A stretch of DNA of 64,000 nucleotides from Chiloscyllium plagiosum (Eukaryota). The notes under the pieces were generated by a model that was not told the origin of the DNA, did no database searches, and saw only the letters and a program-made list of their open reading frames with translations. The position numbers and the translations under genes are program-made. This document shows positions 36,212 through 50,125 of the stretch, in pieces. Every line of letters begins with the position of its first letter. The first letter of the stretch is position 1. The DNA is taken from positions 77,317,339-77,381,338 of the forward strand of contig NC_057719.1 of NCBI RefSeq assembly GCF_004010195.1, in the 5' to 3' direction.

Positions 36212-36837
36212 GTGATTGGGGTTCAGGAGGTAGGTAAAGAATGCAAATCATTGGAAATGCACTTCTGTTCAAAATTCCAATCCATTATGCCATTGCATGA
36301 TTGGAATTATTAATTTGTGAAATCTAGCATTTTATATTTGAAGATTATTACTATAAAATTCAATTCATAATGCATGTTTCATTTCTCAAATAAATTCTAA
36401 CATTTTAGTTGCAAATTATCCCTGCATATTAAAACCATATTCAACTGATTCATGATAGATTTAATAAATCTATTAAATCTATCCTGAATCTATTGAATAA
36501 TTGCAATTGCATAAATTAAACTGGGAAATCACGGAGACAGGGCAAAATATTAACATTAATAAATCATCAAATTTCATTATCTGATTCATCATATGCAGTA
36601 TGTAAGTTAATTTATTTCAATTGCATTCAGTTGACATGCAGTAATTGTTCATCTGAGAAAAATAATGAAAAACACAATATCAAAAATACACACAGATTAA
36701 AAGTTTAAAAATGGAAGATTGTCCACACAAAAAGAAAGGTCGACAACCACATGTTTTGTTTTAAAAAGAAAGGTCCTTGGTGTAGTTTATATATAAGCTT
36801 AGACCACAGTTTTTTAATTATTGACTTGTATTCTCAC

Positions 36838-36925
36838 CGTGGGTGACATTTGTAGAAATCCTTAAGTTCTCATTTAATGGATATTTCTGCAATTGATTTA
36901 TCAGTGAGTGCTGGTTTTCAAGAGG
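36838..36925 (-). other. Weak candidate exon
   Basis: Minus-strand ctctctttttctctcag acceptor and gtgaga donor; open frame PLENQHSLINQLQKYPLNENLRISTNVTH; product not recognised. Confidence 0.2.
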
Positions 36926-38029
36926 CTGAGAGAAAAAGAGAGACTGAGGAAAGGAGAGCAAGCTTCTAGTTGCTGTTGTCATAATCCATTACAGTTCCTT
37001 GTGTATTCCCATGTCTGACTCCATTGTTCATCTCAAACTGGGTAACTGGCATGTGTTTTTCATCCCAATATATGGAACTTTCAAAAAATATGTAAATCAA
37101 TTGGGGGTACAGAACTGAATGAACAGTTTCAGTTATTTTGATGATGTATATGAAATAAGTTAATATGTTTTTACCAATACCTTAATAATATGATTTGTAG
37201 TAGTAAAGGTGTGTCTCAGCAATCACAATCATTCCTCTGGGATTATAGGAACAGGAGTAGGCCATTCGGGGTCTTCAGCCTGCTCCACAATCAATGTGTT
37301 CATGGATGATCTGTGTCCTAGCTCCAAATCGTTGTCTTTGGCCAAAATCCCTGCTGGTTAAGAAAAGAAATCTATCTCAAATTTAAAGTTAACAATAAAT
37401 TCCAAGCTTCTACCACCCTTCCTAACATCTCTTCTGAATGGTTTGGTCCTAACTCTCAGAAATAGTGTATCCACCTTTTTCTTGTTAGTTATCATTAATT
37501 AACGTGAGTGGGCTCTGTCTACCTTGAAAGGAGGCATTTGAGAGTTGACGTTCTGTGAAACAATGCTCAATAAATGGCCATGATCTCATAAAACAAAATC
37601 AGTTCATTTTAGTAACTTGTTGCCACTCCAGTGGCCTTGCTCACAAGGTAACAAGGGCAAAATGGCTCCTAATTGTGCCGTGGCCAGTGATTGACTGCCA
37701 TTGTTGATTGTACAATGGGCATGTTCCTAGCATGAATATTTGGACACAGAATGAGTAAAGCAAGGCATAATGGTAGAATATTGTGACACTATCTGGGAAA
37801 CAATGAGGCATAGAGATCCAAAGTTGAAATGCCCAATTTTTAGGTTAAAATTTCATAATAGTCTCTCCTTCAATCATCATTCTAAATGGGTATTGTGCAG
37901 ATTGATCATTGCCTAGACTCTTGTCTTGCTTAGCTGCTGCATTTTGTAAGATGTGGGGCATTAAGGAAAGGTCCAACCGAACAATGGTTGAGCAGTGAGT
38001 GTCTTAACATGATAGATACTCCACTCAAG

Positions 38030-38310
38030 GGGATGTAGATGCTAGAAGGTACAATTTCAGAATAAAGGGTCTTCCATTTAAGATGAAAATTTGGAAGAAT
38101 TTCTTCTCACAGAGATACATTAAATTTAGGAATGCTCGACATCCCAGAGAGCACCGGAGAGTAGCTGAATCACTAAACGTGAGTTAGACAGAATTTTGAT
38201 CTAAAGGGAGTCACAGTTTATGGGGAAAAGAAGGAAAGTGGTGTTGAGGTTGTTATTTTGTAAATGGCTAAGAAAGCTCAAGAGGTGAATAGCCATCTCC
38301 TTCTCTTGCA
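38030..38310 (+). mobile_element. Old CR1 3' fragment
   Basis: cagaataaagggtcttccatttaagatg..gaatttcttctcacagag CR1 motif. Confidence 0.6.
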
Positions 38311-38717
38311 TTGTATGTGCCAGATCTCTGCAATTGTGCTGTCAGCTCTGACAGCTAAGTATTAAGCAAAGCACATTGTCTAATGGTTTGTTCCTGTGAG
38401 AAGTCTTTCAGAAGTATTCTCACACAGATGTTTTTGTGGTGTTGGCTTTTCGAGTGGTATGGCAATTGCTTATGACATGGTTTTTTGGATCAAACAAACG
38501 CTGAAAATATGATATCGTCTGAGTGCTTATCCATATGTTAGCTCATCTAATGTGTACCACAAAGACTAGGCTCTTGTTGAGATAGGTATCTTGAAGTTTA
38601 TTAACGGCACTTTTTACATTGTTATAAGATCTCAGACTTACACATCATTTGGATTCAATGCTTACTGATATCGCTTTATTACACAGACTGTAATATTGCA
38701 CATGGCTGACTAATTAG

Positions 38718-39880
38718 ATTCATAGTGACGTGCAGCACGGAAACAGATCCTTTGGTTCAACTTGTCCATGCCACCAGATATCTTAAATTAATCTAGTCCC
38801 ACCTGCCAGCACCTGGCCCATATCCCTCCAAACCCAACCTATTCATATACCAATCCAGATGCCTTTTAAATGTTGTAATTATACCCGCCTCCACTACTTC
38901 CTCTGGCAGATCATTCCACACATGCACCACCCTCTGTGTGAAAAAGTTGCCCTTAGGTCCCCTTTATATCTTTCCCCTCTCACCTTAAACCTATGCCCTT
39001 AGGTTTGGACTCCCACATCCCAGAGAAAAGACCTTGGCTATTTATCCTATCCATGCCTGTTATGATTCTATAAACCTCTATAAGGTCACCCCTCAGCCTT
39101 TGATGCTCCAGGGTAAACAGCCCCAGCCTATTCAGCCACTCCCTGTACCTGAAACCCTCCAATTCTGGCAACACCTTTGTAAATCTTTTTGGAATATTTT
39201 CAAGTTCCACAACATCCTTCCTGTAGCAGGGAGACGAGAACTGCGCACAATATCCCAAAAGTGAGCTGAACAATGTCCTATACAGTCTCAACATGACCCC
39301 CCAACTCTTATACTCAATGCACTGACCAATAAAGTTAAGCTTATCAAACGCCTTCTTCACTATCCTATCTACCTGCGATTTCATTTTCAAAGAACTATAA
39401 ACCTGCACTCCAAGATCTCTTAGTTTAGCAACACTCCCCAGGACTTTACCATTGAGTATTTAAGTCCTGCGTTGTTTTGCGTTTCCAAAATGCAGCACCT
39501 CGCATTTATCTAAATTAAATTCCACCTGCCATTCCTCAGCCCATTGGCTGTTTTGACCAAGATCCCATTGTACTCTGAGATAACCCTCTTTGCTGTCCAC
39601 TGCTCCTCCAATTTTGGTGTCATCTGCAAATTTATAACCAGACTTCCTATATTCACAACCAAATCATTTATATAAATGCCGAAAAGCAGTGGACCCAACA
39701 CCGATTCTTGTGGCACACCACTTGCCACAGGCCTCTAGTCTGGAAAAACAATCCTCCACCAACACCCTCTGTCTTCTACCTTGGAGTCAGTTATGTATCC
39801 AAATGGCTAGTTCTCTCCGTATTCCCATGTGATCTAACTTTGCTAACCAGTCTACCATGAGGAACCTTGTCGAACGCTTG
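38718..39880 (-). mobile_element. CR1 RT and 3' end, 5'-truncated
   Basis: SGVPQESVLGPLLFGIYINDL; IGQCIEYKSWGVMLRLYRTL; LGLFTLEHQRLRGDLIEVY. Confidence 0.95.
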
Positions 39881-41554
39881 ACAGACTAACTTCACACTGC
39901 ACTGACTCCATTATACTGATCAATGTAGGAGGGGAGAGTATGTCACATGTCATTATGCCATCTAACTTAAAGGTTTTAAAGGTATACCGTCTGTCTGGTC
40001 TTGAATCTATGCAATAGTACACAGTTTGCTTCTCTCTGTCTTAAGTGTGGACGTGCTTTGAAAAGCAACATTTGATTTCCTGCAGAACTTTTGGAAACTA
40101 ATTTACTGCTTTTTGCAGCAATGTTACTTACACATGGCTTGTTGAATTCCAAGTGTACTTACAATGAAACAGATTTGATAATTGTGTATTTTTTTTGGAA
40201 ACAGCACTGAAACAGGGTTGTTTCATCTTCTGCGTCGGCTGGTAGTTTCTGTAAAATCTATTCTGTTCCCTGACAGATGGGCTGTGCTTCTGCTGCTGCA
40301 GATTATCCTCTATCTCTGCACAACATGACTTGGGTCTTGCTGAGTTCTAGTTCTTTGTCCTCATCGTTGGGCTTCCCTCCAGCTCACAAAGAAGATTGCA
40401 TGCCGAGAAATGGAAATGAGTGGCTCAAAATGGATGGTGAATACTATACATGTGATGCAATGTATTGTTTCCAACAGTACATCTCACATAGGTCGATTGA
40501 ATATTGAATCCATCAGAGTTGTTGCTTTAGAAACAGGTCACACTGAAAGGGAAAAAGTAATAAATTTCAGGATATGAAGTGAAGCATTGCATTGGAGGGA
40601 GTTCCCTGAAGTTGAGATGTTTGAGCAATTAACATCAGGGCATCTTTTACAAACATTTCCTTTAAAAGCATAAAGGTAATCTTTTGCAAACAATACAATG
40701 TATTTATTCAAGTGAATCAAAGCCTTGTGGAAAATTGGGAGCTCATAAATGACGGCACATAATCCATTGTTCGGATTTTGAATAGCTGTATTGTGAAGTC
40801 TCGGAAGGGGTCAGGAATGACACAAGTGAGAATAATTGTGACATTTTGTGAAAGAATTGTTACGAGACAGGATGCCTCTGGAAACTAATAATTTCTGCAG
40901 ATGTATCTCAGCTCCTGTCAAAGCCTGAACTCTTTCAAAGAGCTCTTGCAGTTCTTTATAGAGATTGGCCAGACAAGCATTTTGATTCTTCCAAATCTCT
41001 GAAGACATTTTCCTTGTATTATTTTGAGCAAGAAATGATAGCACATGATCAGTATTTACCTCTATCGCTCTACTATCATAAAGTTTAATCTGTTGTGTTC
41101 CAGATGGTTTTTTTTACTTTTTTATCCCTTTATAATCCTATTATTTCTGCTTAGTTAGTCAGGCTGTAAACATCAATACAATGTGCCTATTTTTATTGGT
41201 GTTCTTGGAAACAATTCTATCTGTTTGATTCCGATATAAGCTTGCTACATTTCCTATAGCGCCTGTCATGCTTTTTCTACCACATTTAGTCATAAAACCT
41301 TCTTCATCTTATCTCTTTTGCTGATCTCTGATTCTTCCTATGTAACTGACTATCAGCTCGGATTCTCTCACCTCTAGTTAACCCAGATCTAATATAAGCT
41401 CAGTGCTTGAAACTCCACTGAACTCTTGCTCATCCATATTCAAATTTTGCTGGAAGGGTGCCATTCATTTCTCTTGACTTAGCTGAAATAATTTCTGCTG
41501 TTTAGTACTAAAGTAATTCCATGAAGGGTAGTATCCAGTCACCCAAGTCGCTGA

Positions 41555-42583
41555 GTCATAGAATCATAAAGATGTACAGCACAGGAACAACCCTTCGGTC
41601 TAATGTATCCATGCTGACCAGAAAATCTAGTCCCATTTGCCAGCACTTGGCCCATATCCCTCTACAGCCTTCCTATTCATATACCCATCCAGATGACTTT
41701 TAAATGTTATAATGGTACCAGCCTCCAGCACTTCTTCTGGTAGCTCATTCTATATATGCACCACTCTCTGCGTGAAACAGTTACCCCTTATGTGCTTTTT
41801 ATATCTTTCCCCTCTCACCCTAAACCTTTGCTCTCGAGTTCTGGACTCCTCCAATCCAAGGAAAAGACCATGTCTATTTATCTTAACCATGCCCCTCATG
41901 ATTTTATAAACCTCTGTAAGGTCACCCCTCAAACTCCGACGATCCAGGCAAAACAGCTCCAGCCTATTCAGCCTCTCTCTGTAGTTCAAACCGTCCAACC
42001 CTGGCAACATTCTCGTGGATCTTTTCTACAACTATTTCAAGTTTCACAACATCCTACCTATACAAGGGAGACCAGAATTGCACACAATAATCCAAAGGTG
42101 GCCTAACCAGTGCCCTGTACAGTTGCAACATGACCTGCCAACTCCTATACTCGATGCTCTAATTAATAATGGAAAGCATACCAAATGCCTTCTTCACTAT
42201 CTTAACTGTCCTTGACTCCACTTTCAAAGAACTATGAACCTGCACTCCAATGTCTCTTTGTGCAGCAACATTCTTCAGGACCTTATCATTAAGTGTATAA
42301 GTCCTGTCATGTTTTGCCTTTCCAAAATGCAGCATGTCACATTTATCTGAATTAAACTCCATTTGCCCCTCCTTGGTTCATTAGCCCATCTGATCAAGAT
42401 CCCATTGTACTCTGACGTAACCTTCTTCACTGTCCAGTATAGCTGCAATTTTCACATCACCTGCATACCTACTAACTCTACCTCCTATGTTCACATCCAA
42501 ATCATTTATATAAATAATGAAAAGCAGTGGACCCAGCACCGATCCTTGTGGCACACCGCTGGTCACAGGCCTCCAGTCTGAAA
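41555..42583 (-). mobile_element. CR1 RT and 3' end, 5'-truncated
   Basis: TSGVPQGSVLGPLLFIIYINDLD; MEFNSDKC; LRGDLTEVYKIMRG. Confidence 0.95.
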
Positions 42584-42770
42584 GTCATCCTTTATTTTTA
42601 CGTACATAGTACATGATACTGACCCAACTCCTAGAGTGTACAAGACTCTGACACCCCTGTTTATATCTGTCAGCCAGGGCTCCCTGATGGGGCAGCTGTA
42701 AATCAGATCCAGTGAAGGAACTCATTTCTATGAGGTCCAACCTACTGGTCTCATTCCAAACACTACAAGT
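42584..42770 (-). mobile_element. Possible LTR fragment
   Basis: Minus strand begins tgtagtg and contains TATA-like gatataaa followed by aataaa. Confidence 0.35.
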
Positions 42771-43649
42771 ACGTTCCAATTTATAGCACTTTTATAACCT
42801 CAGAATGTCCAAAAGTGCACCTTCTAAGTACTTTTGAAATATGGTCATTGCTGTGTTTCCTTCATTACAATAATCAATTTGTGCACCTTCATTGGATGGA
42901 GATTTGTGAGGTCACACCTTGAGTGTCATTGGTAAGATCACACCTTGAGTGTTATGTAGAGTTTTGGTCCCCTTACGTAAAAGACAATATCCTTATGTTG
43001 TAAACAGTTCTGAGACTTACGAGTGACCTGACAGAAGTTAGCAACTGGGGTCTTTCCTATGTGATGGTTAGTTCTACAACTGAAGATGAAATTCTACATT
43101 TTGAAGTCACTATTGTGGATGAGACATATTTTTGGTGTGGGTTTAATGTAAGAAAAAGAGTTGAAGAATAAGACAGTTATAATCTAAATTCTGAATTTAT
43201 TTGGAGAAATTTGTTTCACTATTCAGGGACCAACTTGGAGAGAAAGTGTTTTGCCATATTTTAATTTTGTGTTAACTACTTGTGTGTCATGCTTTATTTT
43301 ATACTAAATTGGATAATGAGCGTACCATTGGATAGAGTGACTCACCATAGTCCAGCATTAATAAAGTCAGTGATATTAGCATATTTTTAATGTCAATAGT
43401 ACTTCTAAACTGCTTGGTTACTGCTTAGTTCTGATTATATTGTGAAGATTTCATTTGAAATATTGCTATCAAGCCATTAAGCAAACTGTGGCTCGTAATG
43501 CTGATAACTTATATCTTCTGCCAAGAAAAGGGCCAATATAAATGCATTAGAATCAGGCTTTCATTTTCACAAGCTGCAGTCAATTCATGTTTCAAATGAA
43601 ATGGCATGCTGTCTGACTGTGACAAGAATAAACTGTCCCTCCTCATCTT

Positions 43650-44680
43650 GGATATAAGAGTGTAAGGTGCAGGAGCAGCTAAGCATATTGTTCCTTACGT
43701 AAGGCCTTTTGAGTCTGATATGATTGTGACCTTAATTCTATTTTGCTGCCAGCCTGCCCAAAAGCTTGATTTCCTTGTGATTTAAAAATCTGTCTGACTC
43801 AGCATTGAATACATTAAGCAACTCAACATTCACTGTTTGCTGGAGAAGAGAAACCAGGGGACATCTGAGGCAAAACATTACCTCCTCACTTTGTTCTTAA
43901 ATAGGAGATTCCATGTTTTGGAACAGTACCACATTGTTATAGTTACTCCCATGAGAGGGAACAATCTCTTAGCATCTTTTATAATCCATCTCCCTTGCAC
44001 TAAAGATCAACGTTCCATTTGTTTTCCTATACGTATTGGAACTCCATTCTCACATTTTATACAAGGATACTTAGATCCCTCTGTACTGTTGTACTATTGT
44101 AGTTTCTTTCCACTTAAATTCTATTCATTTTCCTAAGTTTTCCTGTTGAAGTGGACAACCTCACATTTTCCTACATTATATCTGTCAAACTGTCCATATC
44201 TCTTTGAAAACTTTTTATGTCCGGCTCATAATTTGCTTTCTATCCTATCTTTATACCACCAGAACATTCGGCTAGAAAACGTTCCACCCCCTTCATCCAA
44301 GTCGTGGATGTAGATTGTAAATAGCTGAAGACCCAGCACTGATCCCTGTGGCAATCCACTCATTACAGTTTGCCAACCTGAAACTGAACCACCTATCCCA
44401 ACTCTGTGACTTGTTAGTTTACCCATCCTCGAATTATCACTCCCAATACCATGAACCATCTTGTGCTGCAACCATTCATGTGCCACCTTATTGAATGCCT
44501 TTTCAAATTCAAACACACTACATCTACCAGTTCTCTTTCATCAATTCCATTTGTTACTCCCCAAAAACAAATATGTCAAATGTGATTTCCTTTACACAAA
44601 ATTGTGTTGTCTCTGCTCAATTATATAATGATTTTCCAATGTCCCACTGCTGGTTCTGTTAATAATCGATTTTAACATTA
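43650..44680 (-). mobile_element. Old CR1 RT/3' fragment
   Basis: FEKAFNKVAH..L; SGLPQGSVLGLQLFTIYIHDLD. Confidence 0.85.
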
Positions 44681-45859
44681 GGCTCCATGATTTATAACCT
44701 AATGCATTCTCTGCTGTCTCATTTTGGGCTGACAACATGGCCTTCTTCTCTCCCCCAGCCCCGTGTCTTCAAAAGTACAACATAACCAGCCTGCAGCTGT
44801 GCCCTGAAGGTCCAGAGCTGCTCGATATCATTTATCCCAACCATCTCAAGCATCGTGGATGGAAGTTGTAGCCCTTGGACAAATGCTTTGATGGTTAAGG
44901 GAAAGAAGAGCTCAAAATAATCACTAAGGGTGGAGATACTCATTATTATTTCTGGCCATTCTTAGATTAAAGAGAAAATAACTTGTTTGATAAATCTTTT
45001 GCTTTGTTCTTCATTTATTGTTGATCTTCATATTTGTAATGACACAAGAGCAATACCAATAAGACTTAACTGAAGGAAGGCAATGGAGCAGTGAAGGTAA
45101 GGATGGTGGTGGGGTTACAGATTGTATTGGGTGATAGAGGGGTAGTTCTGGTGTTTGGATACCGAAAGAAACAGGGCTTTGTAGAAATGGAGACAAGACA
45201 TTTTTAGAGGCATTGTGCAAAAGATCTAAACCCTGGAGAGCTGTCTGAATAGTTCAATGACATTAAAGAGTTGGATGTTCTCCCAGAATTGGCCAAGCCA
45301 TTAAATGATGTGTTATTGTTTGGCTGGTTGAAAAGAAACTCTGGAAAACTGTACCATCACCTGAATGAGAGAAGCTGCATGGAATTGTGCTTTACTGATG
45401 ATAATTATGCAGTGGGGCCTGAAGGTGAAACTTGTTGTCTGACAGGACTCCTGACCTGCCCTACATTAGAAAAGAACAGCATTTTGTAGAATCTGCAGCT
45501 ATACAGTACCATGCATGCTGAAGTAGAGTGCTTGTGATTCTGGAAGAGGTGCCTTTGATAAACGTTTTAAAGGGAATCAATGTTATTTGTTTGAATATCA
45601 GTTTCTGTTAATTCATATTTAAATTACATTGGTTTTCATTTGTCTTAAAGTGAAAGTAACCGACAGTGAAATCTTGTTTGTAATTTATTTTTTAGAAACC
45701 ATTCAGTAAATGCATTTATTTTGGTTTATGGTTCCCTCAAGGGAAAAATAACAGTTTACAGCATGCTGTACCATACAGTATCCACAGCAGTAAAATATTT
45801 AGTGTTCTTCTTCAGTCTATAAGTGTTCCTCCTGGTGAAGAGAACTCCATTCACTTACC

Positions 45860-47015
45860 TAAAACATTACTGCACTACTAACTGAGAGATGCGATCTGTT
45901 GCACCCTGTAAAGAATTTGCAGTATTTGAGTCCAATGCCACAGTGACCCTGTCAATCACAGTCTATGTTGTCTCTTTCCTGTGTCAAGGTTCAGATTGTT
46001 GTTGCTGCAGCTTTCACAGCTCTGTGACCACCTCCTCAGTGAAGCGAAGGAACCTTACACATTGCCCTCTGAGACTTTTGTGTAGGAGAGGTGTCCCTTG
46101 ACATTGCGGCATGATATGCCTACTGTACACTGCCCTCTTATCTCCAGATGTAACTGCTTCTGATGATTGAACAATGTCCAACACCATTCACGACTCCTCA
46201 GATATTGAAGCAGACCATGTACAAACTTGGAAAATCTCCACGTTTGGGCTGACAAGTGATAAGTAGATTTGTGTGACACAAGTGCCAGGCAATAACCATT
46301 TTCAACAAGAGAGAATCTAACCATGGTCCCTTGACATTCAGTGCCATTATTGTCAGAGCAGTATGCGTCATCTGCAAGATGGTCTGCAGAAATTCATCAA
46401 GGCTTCTTAGACAGAATCTTCCAAACCCATGGTCCATACAAGAATAGCAATTTTGTGGGAACACCACCATCTGCAAGTTCCCTCCAAGCCACTCACCATC
46501 CTGCCTTGGAAATATATCACTGTTCCTTCGCAGTCACTGAATCAAAACCTCCCTCATGGCATTGTGGGTGTACTACGCCAAATGAGGTGCAATAGTTTGA
46601 GAATGCTGTTCAACGTCACATTCTGAATGTCCCAGTGGTTCACACTGCTGCCTCACAATGCCAGGGACCCAGGTTTGATTCCACCCTCAGGTGACTGCCT
46701 GTGTGGGGTTTGCACATTCTCCATGTGTCTGTGTGGGTTTCCTTCGGGTGCTCTGGTTTCCTCTCACAGTCCAAAGACGTGCAGGTTAGGTGGAGTGGCC
46801 CTAGTGTCCAGGAATGTGTAGGTTAGGTGGGTCAGCCATGGGAAATGCAGGGTTACAGGGATAGGGTGGGCGGAGGGGGGGGGGGGGTCGTGAGGAATGG
46901 GTCTGTGAGGTGTGGATCACACTGTTGGGATTCTATGATTCTTATGGGACACTAGCAATAGGAAATAAATGCTGGTTTTATTAGAGACGCCCGTATCCCA
47001 TGAATGAATTTTAAA
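45860..47015 (+). mobile_element. L2/CR1-clade LINE 3' fragment split by an HE1 SINE
   Basis: tgggctgacaagtg (WADK), ggaacaccaccatctgcaagttccctccaagccactcaccatcctg, tail cccatgaatgaat at about 46997. Confidence 0.65.
46628..46942 (+). mobile_element. HE1-type SINE
   Basis: cagtggttcacactgctgcctcaca..ggtttgattcc..tttgcacattctcc. Confidence 0.85.
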
Positions 47016-47034
47016 AAACTTCTATTCATAGTAA

Positions 47035-47249
47035 TATAGTAAATCCTCCATGCCCGTGAAATTGTGAATTCACCTATCCATGCCAAAAAAGAAGTAAAAA
47101 CAAAAATCAACATCTATGGGCAAAAATTGCATATCGACAAAATTTTTAACCATTTTAACCTATTTTTAAGAAGCTCCACATTCGTGAATATTGTCATTTT
47201 TGCGGGCTGTCCGGAATGGAACCCACATATATACGGAGGAATGACTGTA
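47035..47249. mobile_element. Tigger-like MITE
   Basis: Terminal inverted repeats tatagtaaatcctcc and ggaggaatgactgta with TA ends. Confidence 0.65.
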
Positions 47250-47467
47250 TGTTACCCTTTACACCATGATTTTCTCAACTACTGCAATAACTTTTGAAGT
47301 GTTACCTTATCAAATGCCTTCTGTAGAGTGGACAACCTTTGGTTTGCAGAGGTGTCTGGCATTTTGTACGTTACTGCAAAGGAAAACATAAAAATGCCTT
47401 CCACAATACTTGGCATTTATCTGCTCAATTTATTACTCATGGTCATACACCAGCCTTTCCTGAGTTA

Positions 47468-47788
47468 TAGAATCCCTACAGTGTGGAAACAGGCCATTTA
47501 GTCCAACAAGTCCACATCGACCCCCTGAAGAGTATCCCACCCAGACCCATTCCCCTGACTAAGCACCTATAACACACGTCCTTGAACACGACAGGAGATT
47601 TAGCATGGCCAAACCACCCTAAGCTGCACATCTTTGGACTGTGGGAGGAAACCGGAGCACCCGGGGGAAACTTGTGCAGACACGGGGAAAATGTGCAAAC
47701 TTCACATAGACAATGGCCTGAGGCTGGAATCAAACCCAGGTCCCTGGCGCTGTGAGGCAGCAATGCTAACCACTGAGCCACCGTACCA
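47468..47788 (-). mobile_element. HE1-type SINE
   Basis: Full head, core and tail in reverse complement. Confidence 0.92.
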
Positions 47789-48237
47789 CCAGCTAGTTGT
47801 TGTGGAACCTGAAGGATTGCCTGGTCCAGTTTAGGGTATTGCTGTCACGCAACACCAGCAAATCAATGTATCTACCGTCATGATGCACTGCAACGTGGGA
47901 AACATGGTAAACCCTGCAATCTCAGCTAAGCTGTGTGCATGTTTTACCTGCAAGAGGGAATCAAATAATGTGAGCTTGTCTTTGAACATTTGCAAATATC
48001 ATGCATTTCAGCCTGGTTGGAGCTACATGCCTAACACTGAGGCCCATATAGTCCACACTATACAAACCTTTGTCCATGATTTTTTGTGGACCTGTCAGAA
48101 AATTCAATTAAAGCTGTGAGGCAAGATCTCCACTTCACAGGATTACCTAAAGCACAGAAATAACTCATTTGGCTCAAGTAATCCATATTGATATTTACAT
48201 TCTGTTCAAATCTCCTCCTGTCTTTTCACATTTCCTT

Positions 48238-49530
48238 AATTGCAAAAATATACTTTATTCATAAAAAAAACTTTATCCACTTTCACAGATACCAAAGCAG
48301 TTCTGTAGAATCTTTGCATATCAAGAAAAGCAAACTTTAGACTCTGACATTCCCTGAATTTGCAAAACCCAAAGTTGCTTCTTACCCATTAAGGAAACTA
48401 TTTACTGAGAAAACAAGAGGGTCCAGTAATTGAACAGACCCTCATTATACTTCAGCAGAAAGACATCAGCCGGTGGTCTTTCCCTGCTGTGCTTTGGCGG
48501 CAGCTGGCACAAGCTTTATTGCATACCTCAGCATGTAGTCCTGGACCTTGGAATGTGCCAGTCTGCAACACTCAGTTGAGGTCAACTCTCTACTCCGGAA
48601 GATCAACAGGTTTTGGGCAGACCATGGAGTGTCTTTCACTGAGTTGATGGTCCTCCAAGCGCAGTTGATATTTGTCTCAGTGTGTGTCCTGGGCAACAGA
48701 CTGTGGAGCACAGAGTCCTACCTCAGGATGAACCTTGACAAGAACCAGTGTATCAGTCTCCAGATTCCCTTTGCAAAGGCACATTCCAGAAGGAGATGTG
48801 TGATTGTCTTTTCACCAGTGTAGCCACTTCGAGGGCAGCATGCAGTGGCACACAGGGATCGTGTGTATGTGAAAGGTCTGACAGGCAGTGCCCTTCTTAC
48901 CACTTAGTGTTTGTTGGAAAGTTCTAACAATCACGTGTTCTGCTAAATAACTTTGACAGTCTGCTCGGGAAATTGCCTGATAGGATCAACTCTTTCCTTT
49001 TCCTGAAAGATCTTGAGGACATGCTGAGCACTTACTTCCTGATAGACTTTTGGTCAAAGGTATTTTTCTTTGCAAATTTTCCCATGGGACAGGTGATAGG
49101 GAATGGTCCAACTACTTGGAGTGTTCCGTGGCGCCGCGACCAGTCTCATCCTTCACAACAACAGGGACAGGTAGAACCTCAGTACGGAGTGACACTTGGT
49201 GTTGATGTACTGAGAGTCTATGCACAGCTTGATGCAGCGCACATGGAGGTGGCCATCAGGATGAGGATGGTGTTGGGTACATCTTTTCCCCCCTTATCCA
49301 GATCTTTGTACATGGTGTCCCTGTTGACAAGGTTCATCTTTGACCTCCAGGTGAAGAAGAAACTGGCTCGAGTGACTGCAAAGGCACAGGCTCGGGGCAT
49401 GGGCCAGACCTACACCACATACAGCAATACCAAGGGCACCTCGCACCTGATGATCAGGTTTTCACCCACAATGAAAAAGGAGAAGCGCTCACTTAAGCTC
49501 AATTTCTGTCTCACTGCATTTCATTCCTCC
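48238..49530 (-). mobile_element. L1-clade Tx1-type LINE 3' part, decayed
   Basis: C-terminal CCHC motif CPRSGYTGEKTITHLLLECAFAKGIW; TNINCAWRTINSVKD; RDTMYKDLDKGGKDVPN; aataaagtatattttt 3' end. Confidence 0.85.
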
Positions 49531-49559
49531 TGTGTTTTTGTGCACACCCAACTCCTTCG

Positions 49560-50125
49560 GACCATATTTTCAGCACTTTCAAGTAAATGCACTGATGGCT
49601 TTTTCCATATAAATCTTTCTGCTAAACCTGTATTCTATTGCGGTCTATCCTGTTCTATTTTATCTCCCCAAAGGCTTCAGTATATCTGTACTATTCGTTT
49701 CAATCACTTCTTATGGTAGTAAAATACGCATTGTCACCACTCTCTGGGTAAAGACATTTCTGAATTCTCAATTAAATTTGCTGATATATTGATAGCCTCT
49801 AGTTATATTTATTCCCACACGAGGGAACACTCTCTCTGGGTCCACCCTATCTAAGCTTTTCAATATTTCAAGGACCATGCTGACTCTCTTTGATCAACTT
49901 TTACCAGTCCAAGCACTGGCCTCTCTGTTGCTGATGATAAATGCCTGTCATTTCCCTGCAATAGATATTAAACTGACAACTCTCTAGTTGCCTGTTTTCC
50001 CTCTCCCACGCTTCATAAATAGCGGAGTGACATTTGCCATTCAAAAGCAAAATTCATGTTCCCAGAGAGCTCTGGTAGATTATAATTAATGTGTGTCTGC
50101 AATTTCCGTACCTACTCCTCTTTAA
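49560..50125 (-). mobile_element. Old CR1 fragments
   Basis: tcaccactctctgggtaaagacatttc and ttaaactgacaactctctagttgcctg CR1 motifs. Confidence 0.5.

Noticed and set aside
44960..45760. Possible second solo LTR
   Set aside because: The composition is suggestive, but I could not define TG..CA ends or a TSD.
48973..49719. 248 aa plus-strand ORF
   Set aside because: It is mostly antisense to the decayed Tx1 ORF2 and has no recognisable protein features of its own.
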